DNA of 32,000 nt from Candidatus Kuenenia stuttgartensis (GTDB lineage: Bacteria; Planctomycetota; Brocadiia; Brocadiales; Brocadiaceae): NCBI RefSeq assembly GCF_900232105.1, contig NZ_LT934425.1:3840001-3872000 (forward strand), in the 5' to 3' direction. Each line of letters begins with the position of its first letter. Position 1 is the stretch's first letter. Shown here one piece after another: positions 25,859-32,000 of this stretch. A model generated the notes under the pieces. The model worked only from the letters and a program-made list of their open reading frames with translations, searched no databases and was not told the DNA's origin. A program made the translations under genes and the position numbers.

Positions 25859-26212
25859 ATGAAATATCTGAAAAAAAGACGTATGGTTATAGGAAAGGAA
25901 GCAGACCTCCATCAGGAAGACCCCATGTCAGGCGTGGCAAGTCTGTTTGATGTGGGATTAGTATTTATTGTAGGCCTTATCGGCGCCTTAATCAGCGCTT
26001 ACAGCCTGCTTGATTTCCTCCAGCCCAAAACAGAAATCACGATGGTCAGGAAAAACGACAATGGCCAGGTAGAGATTGTTACAAAAAAGGGTAAACAGGT
26101 AAAAATTGAAAAAGTTACCGGTAAGCAATTACAAGGAGAAGGTGCCCGGCTCGGGATAGCATATCGGTTAAAAGATGGAAAAGTAATCTATGTGCCAGAG
26201 GGGTCTGAATAG
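25859..26212 (+). CDS. Single-TM small protein in the ExbD position (DUF2149-like)
   Basis: 117 aa. ..EDPMSGVASLFDVGLVFIVGLIGALISAY.. is followed by a ~70-aa soluble domain. The pattern matches what I recall of DUF2149 proteins, which accompany ExbB-like and CobN-like genes. Confidence 0.55.
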   Translation: MKYLKKRRMVIGKEADLHQEDPMSGVASLFDVGLVFIVGLIGALISAYSLLDFLQPKTEITMVRKNDNGQVEIVTKKGKQVKIEKVTGKQLQGEGARLGIAYRLKDGKVIYVPEGSE

Positions 26213-26224
26213 GTAGCACTTTAC

Positions 26225-26247
26225 TTTTCAAAAATCTAAACTGTTAC
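26225..26247 (+). repeat. Solo copy of the IS630-like/MITE terminal repeat (TTTTCAAAAATCTAAACTGTTAC)
   Basis: It matches 15312-15335 and 671-692. It is followed by GGATTTTGTG, similar to the flanks of the other copies. Confidence 0.6.
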
Positions 26248-26313
26248 GGATTTTGTGATTTGGGCATTGGAATTTTACCGCAGTACATGGTCCCATTATC
26301 CGCATAAACTCAT

Positions 26314-26339
26314 GGGTTCAGGTTTACAAACCTGAACCC
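26314..26339. repeat. REP-like hairpin GGGTTCAGGTT-taca-AACCTGAACCC (copy 3)
   Basis: It has a perfect 11-bp stem and the same family as 24980 and 25068. Confidence 0.8.
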
Positions 26340-26436
26340 GTCGGGAGTCGTGTAATGTTTACACTGAATAGTTAGCTTATATCTTTTCTTTGCACCCTCT
26401 ACCGCCTCAGCGATAAATCTTGTATTTTCTCCCAAC

Positions 26437-27126
26437 TCAAACAAAGAATATACAACCACTATCATATAAATATTCATCGGAAAGGCAGACAATCTCAAGA
26501 CCAAGATTCAATAAGTGTTCTTTTAATAGCTGCCCGTCCGCGTGCAGCCCGATATTTCCATTAAAAAATATGCTTTTCCCCAACACTCCTGCTGCGCCTC
26601 CGATAAAGCCGTTTTTATGATTCCGTATGCGTATTTCTTCGGGGTTAAAATAAAAACAGGAAAATCCCTTTCCCAACAATACCTTTTCTATTCCCCTGTC
26701 AGAGGTGACATAGTTGTTTCCGTACAAATGGACAAGGCTGCATCGTGTATAGGCCTGAGGCAATTGAATAAACTCTTTCTCTCTGTTTATTTCTAAAATT
26801 ATCGGGTCAGTATATCCATGTTTGTGAAATAAGAAATCAGGCGTACCAAGGCAGTTATATTGGACGCTGTTGCCGGGATCATTTCCTACATCCATTTTTC
26901 CTTTTAGATAGGCAATACTATGGCGCTCTAAAAATTCGAATAACCCAACTGGTGCATTTGGAGCAACCACAAGGTGGTCGTTATCCTGGTAAAGGAAAAT
27001 ATCCGGATGCCCCGAAATGGAATCGTACGTCAGTCCGTTCGTTTGAAACGCAAAGACGCCTTCAACGTATCCCTTTAACGTGGAGATCACCCTTTTCGAC
27101 GATCTGGAATCAATTATCGCAAACAT
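26437..27126 (-). CDS. Uncharacterised protein, possibly guanidino-modifying-enzyme (pentein) fold (DUF6873-like)
   Basis: 229 aa with the motifs SGHPDIF, QAYTRCSLV, VTSDRGI, NGFIGGAAG and a C-terminal DSGC. It overlaps the upstream radical SAM gene by 17 nt. The family assignment is from memory and was not searched. Confidence 0.45.
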   Translation of the reverse strand: MFAIIDSRSSKRVISTLKGYVEGVFAFQTNGLTYDSISGHPDIFLYQDNDHLVVAPNAPVGLFEFLERHSIAYLKGKMDVGNDPGNSVQYNCLGTPDFLFHKHGYTDPIILEINREKEFIQLPQAYTRCSLVHLYGNNYVTSDRGIEKVLLGKGFSCFYFNPEEIRIRNHKNGFIGGAAGVLGKSIFFNGNIGLHADGQLLKEHLLNLGLEIVCLSDEYLYDSGCIFFV

Positions 27127-28180
27127 CTATTTGATACCGAGAAAAAGTATGGTTACCTGTGAACTGAACAGTATACCCCCTTGATTGTAATTGCGCCTTG
27201 TTGGCCTGCTTGTACCCTATGGCATAATGTATCTGCTTATCGGAAACAGATATCCTGATGTTACTTGATGTATTTTCTTTCAATTTGGCATGAATGATCT
27301 CTTCCCATATCTTTGTCATAACCATTTCCTTAAAAGCAGGGTGAAATGGCCCGTCTATCAGGGATTTTCCGGCAACGAGTTCATCGGACGGATGCAGTCC
27401 CATCCGTATGACGGATACGTTGTTACTTTCAAATATACGCACAAGATCCTTTGTCCACACTACCGCCTGTTCAAGTGATAACGGAATATACTTCCCCTCC
27501 CGATACCGCTTTTCCAGGGCGGTTCCCTTCACAATAATTGCAGGATAAATTCTCGTATTACGGGCGCCGAATGAAACGATATCGTTGGCGGTTTGAATGG
27601 ATCGTTTGTAACTGTCTTCCGGCAGGCCTATCATCATCTGAAGACCAAGTTCGAAACCATATGTGCGGATCATCCGGGAGGCATTTTGAATATCTTCGCG
27701 GGTATGCCCGCGTCCTGATTGATTTAAGACCTTCTGGCTGGTTGACTGCGCACCCAGCTCAATGGTAGTTACGCCGTATTTCTTCAGCAATTCAAGGATG
27801 GTTTCATTGATATAGTCGGGTCTGGTTGACAATCTGATGCCCGATACCTTCCCGTTTTTTACAAACCCGTAGGCCTCTTTCAAATACTGTTCCTGAAGAT
27901 CAACAGGTATCCCCGTAAAACTTCCGCCAAAAAAGGCGATGTTTATGATTCTGTTTTCGGGTATTGTTTCAAGGTATTGCGCGACAATATGCCGAATCTC
28001 TTTTGGCTGCGGGATGGAATACGTTCCGCTTATTTTCGCCTGATTGCAGAAGACACATTGGTGTGGGCAGGCAAGCTCCGGGATGAATATAGGTATATTA
28101 GAATATTTTTTCACGATAACCTCGCAAAAGTGTATCATAATGTTTACCATACCATTATTTAATAGTATAGGAATTTTCAT
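27110..28180 (-). CDS. Radical SAM protein, Elp3-like core without an acetyltransferase domain
   Basis: 356 aa with the CxxxCxxC cluster CPHQCVFC in IPIFIPELACPHQCVFCNQ, then FFGGSFTG, RLSTRPD, TIELGAQS and GLQMMIGLP. An alternative start is at M15 (MIHF...). Confidence 0.8.
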   Translation of the reverse strand: MKIPILLNNGMVNIMIHFCEVIVKKYSNIPIFIPELACPHQCVFCNQAKISGTYSIPQPKEIRHIVAQYLETIPENRIINIAFFGGSFTGIPVDLQEQYLKEAYGFVKNGKVSGIRLSTRPDYINETILELLKKYGVTTIELGAQSTSQKVLNQSGRGHTREDIQNASRMIRTYGFELGLQMMIGLPEDSYKRSIQTANDIVSFGARNTRIYPAIIVKGTALEKRYREGKYIPLSLEQAVVWTKDLVRIFESNNVSVIRMGLHPSDELVAGKSLIDGPFHPAFKEMVMTKIWEEIIHAKLKENTSSNIRISVSDKQIHYAIGYKQANKAQLQSRGYTVQFTGNHTFSRYQIDVCDN

Positions 28181-28286
28181 TTTTTAATGTATGTTTGCGG
28201 GCAAGTGTTGTTGTAACATATTTATTTGTTAGCGGATATGATAGCCGCCACATGTAGTGGCGAGGCGTGCCTTGCTACGACATTAA

Positions 28287-28345
28287 ATGTTTAGCGATTT
28301 CAATATTTTAAGTTAAGCAATGAATAAACCCACCCCTCAATCCCC
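28287..28345. repeat. Half copy (left arm plus flank) of the CCCACCCCTCAA palindromic repeat family
   Basis: ATGTTTAGCGATTTCAATATTTTAAGTTAAGCAATGAATAAACCCACCCCTCAATCCCC compares with 7003-7062 ACGTTTAGGAATTTCAATATTTTTAATTAAGCAATGAACAAACCCACCCCTCAAACCCC. Confidence 0.8.
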
Positions 28346-28619
28346 TTCTGTTAAGGGTTGACAAAATTGTGGATGAAGGAATGTTTGCGCTTACAGGCAA
28401 AAAAACCACTAAAGACGCCTGACGCTGTTTTTTTATACACCGGGGAGGGTGTTGTACTTATGTTTATACACATCTTTTTCGTTTCCCTAGAGTCATTGTG
28501 GCGAGGGAGAAGATACATTAAGAAATTTAGCTGGGCACAGAAACACTGAATAATTATAATCATCTCTTTTGAGTAAATACAAACTGTATTACAAGGAGAT
28601 GACGGATGAATAAAGGAAT

Positions 28620-29400
28620 ACCAGAGTGATTATGCGGAAGGCCGTTTATCCACGACGCCCTTCAGGCAATCATGGAGGAAGTTCAAGGCGGGTATAGTTT
28701 ATCGAGGATGGAAATAGCCAGACGTGTTTGTAGTCGGTTAAATTGGGGCAATGCGTTAGGGGGCAGCCGCAATTAATGAGTTGTCGGGTAGGGCTATTAC
28801 GGTTGCATTGTTTAGGCTTGATAGAATTACCACCGCCGCTGACGCGCAATGGGAATGGCCAAGGACTGGTGCGGCAAAAAGCAAAGCTTCCGCTGCTAAG
28901 CGTATTGGAGACGGACATTCAAAGCCTGACGGATTGGTTTTTTTCAACCACGTGACTCTTGCTGTTACGCCAGAGCGTCTTTGTCTGGGCGTGTTAGACG
29001 CAGAACTGTGGGTGCGCGACTTTGAAGACCGCGATAAAAATGACAAGCGAAAACAAAAGCCTATCGGGGAAAAGGAAAGTTATCGTTGGCTGGAAGGTTG
29101 CCGTAGAGTCTGTGAGTTAAGCGAACAACTCACCCGGCACAATGCTCGTAAGCATTTCAGATCGGGAAGGTGATATCTACGAATGGCAGATAGAGATATA
29201 TTTTAAAGTATTAAAGAGCGGTTGCAAGATAGAAGAGCGCCAATTGGAGACAGCGGAGCGTATCAAGCCGTGTATTGCTCTTTATATGATAGTGGCATGG
29301 CGGGTATTGTTTGTTACCATGTTTGGAAGGGAATGCCCGGATTTGCCGTGTACAGCGCTTTTCTAGGATGATGAATGGAAACTCGAATCGCCTTAAACGC
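28620..29400 (+). pseudogene. Tn5-like IS4-family transposase, multiply frameshifted and internally deleted
   Basis: Fragments in different frames are ..MSCRVGLLRLHCLGLIELPPP.., ..HVTLAVTPERLCLGVLDAELWVRD...KESYRWLEG.., ..MLVSISDREGDIYEW, joined directly to QIEIYFKVLKSGCKIEERQLETAERIKPCIALYMIVAWRVLFVTMFGRECPDLPC.. Most of the catalytic core between the second D and the C-terminal block is missing. Confidence 0.75.
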
Positions 29401-29559
29401 CAATACCTACAAGGCTTTCACGGTAATTAATATTGGTTATTATAGTTTATAATAAGTAAATAAACTGAATCATTTTGTACACATTGTATTGTTTTTGCCA
29501 AAAGAGGAAACACGGGCGAAACAATTATTTTCCCCAAACTATTTTCAAACTGGTTTTTT

Positions 29560-30378
29560 ATGATTGAAAAAAAAACAGACTTAATAACCACGTGTTTTTT
29601 TCAGAATTTATTGGAATATAGCGAAATTAGCCATTTTATAACTACCAGGATGGATGGTTATAGTCATAATCCTTATAATTATCTAAACCTAGGGTTTCAC
29701 GTAGGCGATGATTCAAATACTGTTGTAGAAAATAGAAAACGGCTGGCAAATTCAATGGGCATTCCGCTGGAAAATTTTACCACATCACAACAGATACATA
29801 CGGATAATATCGAGATTATATTGGAGAACCGCCGTGGTTGTGGGGCTAATGATTATAAAACGGCAGTAGCTGCGACGGATGCAATGGTAACTTCTGTTCA
29901 AAATATTTGCCTTATGGTGCTCGTAGCAGATTGTGTGCCTGTTCTTTTTTTTGATGTGAAGAAAAAAATAATTGGGTCTGTACATGCGGGGTGGAAGGGA
30001 ACTGTTCATCGGATATCGCAAAAAACAGTGATGTTGATGAAAGATAAATTTGGGAGTTCGGGGGATGATATCCTTGTAGGTATTGGCCCTTCAATAGGGC
30101 CGTGTTGCTACAAGGTAGATATAGCGACAATCGTTAAGAGTAATAACGATTTAAAAGAGAAAAGTGATATAGTTTTACATGAAAAACATGATGGCAAAGG
30201 GCATTTTGATTTATGGACAACGAACAAATTACAGCTTATAAAAATGGGTATTCCGGAGAAAAATATAGAAATAGCTGAAAGGTGTACTTCCTGTAATAAT
30301 GCCCTTTTTTATTCATATCGAAAAGAAAATGGGAGAACAGGAAGATTTGGTGTGGGGATCATGCTCAGGAGTAAATAA
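29560..30378 (+). CDS. pgeF: Peptidoglycan editing factor PgeF / YfiH (DUF152, laccase-domain) family protein
   Basis: 272 aa with the family motifs VADCVPV, HAGWKGT, CCYKV and CTSCNNALFYSYRKENGRTGRF. Confidence 0.85.
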   Translation: MIEKKTDLITTCFFQNLLEYSEISHFITTRMDGYSHNPYNYLNLGFHVGDDSNTVVENRKRLANSMGIPLENFTTSQQIHTDNIEIILENRRGCGANDYKTAVAATDAMVTSVQNICLMVLVADCVPVLFFDVKKKIIGSVHAGWKGTVHRISQKTVMLMKDKFGSSGDDILVGIGPSIGPCCYKVDIATIVKSNNDLKEKSDIVLHEKHDGKGHFDLWTTNKLQLIKMGIPEKNIEIAERCTSCNNALFYSYRKENGRTGRFGVGIMLRSK

Positions 30379-30429
30379 CACTCCGGGCCTTTTTCTCACC
30401 CACGCCATAGCAAGATATGCGGTATTGCA

Positions 30430-31293
30430 CTACCTTAAATATTTACCAAAAACAACCTCTAATTTCTTTTTCGTCTCTTCTGGAACAATGTCCTTATTGG
30501 TAATAATAGCATCCTTTGCCGCAGTAGCGCAAATACATGTCCTACTTTGCTTAATTTTGGGAATAGCTATTTTGAGTATTTTTTTTGCCATTTCCGCATT
30601 TTTGTTAAGATTTGAGATAACCATTTCTAATGTAACGTGATCTTCTTCCTCATGCCAGCAATCATAATCTGTAGCCATTGCAAGTGTACTGTAACATATT
30701 TCAGCTTCTCTGGCTAATTTCGCCTCTTGGAGATTAGTCATGCCTATAACGCTTACACCCCATTGGCGATACACATGTGATTCTGCGCGTGTAGAAAAAA
30801 GGGGTCCTTCCATGCATAAATACGTGCCACCTTTATGTACACGGGCGTTCACGGATTTTGCTGATTCATGTAATAGTGTGGCAAGGTTATTGCAAACAGG
30901 ATCGGCGAAGCTTACATGGCCTACAATGCCATTGCCAAAGAAAGTATTTATTCTACCACGGGTTCTGTCAAAAAACTGGTCAGGGATGACGATATCTAAA
31001 GGCTTTATTTCTTCTTTCATACTTCCTACAGCGCTTACGGCAATAATATGCCCAACGCCCAGCCTTTTCATTCCATAGATATTCGCCCTAAAATTGAGTT
31101 CAGAAGGCAATATAGTATGTCCCTTTCCATGTCGTGGTAAAAAAGCGACCCTTTTTCCTTCTAAAATTCCTAAAGTAAAATTATCGGAGGGTTTGCCGAA
31201 TGGAGTATCGATAGACAAAGATTCTACGTCGGTGATGCCTTCGATATCGTAAAGTCCACTCCCACCAATTATTCCAATCGTTTGTTCCTGCAT
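30430..31293 (-). CDS. mtnP: S-methyl-5'-thioadenosine phosphorylase
   Basis: 287 aa with IGIIGGSGLYD, FLPRHGKGH, GMTNLQEAKLAREAEICYSTLAMATDYDCW typical of MTAP/MtnP. The RBS is GGAGAA. Confidence 0.85.
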   Translation of the reverse strand: MQEQTIGIIGGSGLYDIEGITDVESLSIDTPFGKPSDNFTLGILEGKRVAFLPRHGKGHTILPSELNFRANIYGMKRLGVGHIIAVSAVGSMKEEIKPLDIVIPDQFFDRTRGRINTFFGNGIVGHVSFADPVCNNLATLLHESAKSVNARVHKGGTYLCMEGPLFSTRAESHVYRQWGVSVIGMTNLQEAKLAREAEICYSTLAMATDYDCWHEEEDHVTLEMVISNLNKNAEMAKKILKIAIPKIKQSRTCICATAAKDAIITNKDIVPEETKKKLEVVFGKYLR

Positions 31294-31793
31294 TTAATAT
31301 TTCTCCTTGTACATTATCTGTGTAAAGTAAAAGTGAGATTATGCTAAAATTATGTTGCCGGTGTCAATACATAAAATTTAGGAATAATTATTCTGCGTCG
31401 AATATTTTTGGCATAAATCTGACATAAATAAAGATCCTCTTTTCTTTGAAGGCTATCATTACATTATTGAGTTATTTTTAGGGGACAAATTACTAAAATA
31501 CTATCGATGCGTAAGAATAGCGCGGCATGATTCATTTGCGTTAAATAAAACAGTAGAAAACACTTGAAAACCAAATATGAAATCAATTAAACTATAAAAG
31601 TTTTTGCGCCTCATTGCACTGGCAAGCGGTAAAATTGGGTAACTACATCTTTATGATACGTTATTTTTTGAAAAATAACCCTTGGAGGATTAAATATTAA
31701 TAGCATACCTATTATTTAATTTTTTTATAATCGTAACATTTTTATTAGTAATGTATTAAGTTAATTCTTTGCTTTCAAAATAAAATAGAAAAT

Positions 31794-32000
31794 ATGGTTA
31801 AAGTAACATTACCTGACGGAACTAAAAAGGATTTCGAAGATAATATAACTATTGGTGAGGTCGCAAGTAACATAAACAGCAAGATGGGAGGGATCGCATT
31901 GGCTGCGAGGGCGGACGGAGTTCTGGTAGACCTTAATTATCCTATAAAAGATGATATTTCTCTTTCTGTTATTACGGAAGAAACACAGGAGGGACTGGAA
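31794..32000 (+). CDS. thrS: Threonine--tRNA ligase, N-terminal TGS domain; 3' end beyond the window
   Basis: Hand translation from ATG 31794 gives MVKVTLPDGTKKDFEDNITIGEVASNINSKMGGIALAARADGVLVDLNYPIKDDISLSVITEETQEGLE. This is the characteristic ThrRS N-terminus. Confidence 0.8.
   Translation, partial: MVKVTLPDGTKKDFEDNITIGEVASNINSKMGGIALAARADGVLVDLNYPIKDDISLSVITEETQEGLE

Noticed and set aside
24980-26339. The repeated GGGTTCAGGTT hairpins as a CRISPR array
   Set aside because: There are only three copies with irregular spacing (63 bp and ~1.2 kb). The copies are perfectly palindromic, genes lie between them, and there are no cas genes.
30299-30640. 113-aa plus-strand ORF overlapping the pgeF 3' end and the mtnP 3' end
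   Set aside because: It overlaps two well-supported genes, and its hydrophobic sequence is typical of an antisense artefact.
31294-31793. The 500-bp AT-rich spacer upstream of thrS as a T-box or other leader RNA
   Set aside because: I found no T-box specifier/antiterminator motifs or tRNA-like operator by eye, so I cannot support a call. A covariance-model scan would be needed.

Overview
AT-rich 32 kb bacterial window. The gene content (DUF1501 remnant, Bat/MoxR operon, many short palindromic intergenic repeats) would fit a Planctomycetota-type genome, but that is an unverified guess. Layout: (1) 1-3020 is a decayed mobile-DNA zone. It holds an IS200/IS605 tnpA nested in an IS630-like element, an intact CBS-domain gene, a RAYT-like remnant and a DUF1501 remnant. 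(2) 3024-11458, minus strand, holds a double-receiver hybrid histidine kinase and a six-gene MoxR-DUF58-BatD-VWA-TPR-VWA (Bat-type) operon. (3) 11801-13540 is a glutamate-synthase-domain FMN protein with a lysine/alanine-rich histone-H1-like tail. (4) 13970-15340 holds a small wHTH-like ORF, a PIN/UPF0175 toxin-antitoxin pair with a frameshifted toxin, and a 276-bp MITE. (5) 15470-26212 is the most interesting part. It has three paralogous cobalamin riboswitch cassettes. Two are tandem, terminator-capped and detached from any intact ORF, and lie upstream of a frameshifted OprB-like porin. The third drives BtuB-like TonB-dependent receptor / DUF4430-like / signal-peptide-bearing, C-terminally membrane-anchored CobN-like protein / ExbB-like / DUF2149-like. 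(6) 26437-28180 is an overlapping radical-SAM plus GME(pentein)-fold-like gene pair. (7) 28200-29400 holds repeats and an internally deleted Tn5-like IS4 transposase. (8) The window ends with pgeF, mtnP and the 5' end of thrS. There are several frameshifted genes (porin x2, PIN, IS remnants), so homopolymer assembly error must be excluded before calling them pseudogenes. All calls come from reading the supplied translations and my own hand translation and alignment. No database search was run.
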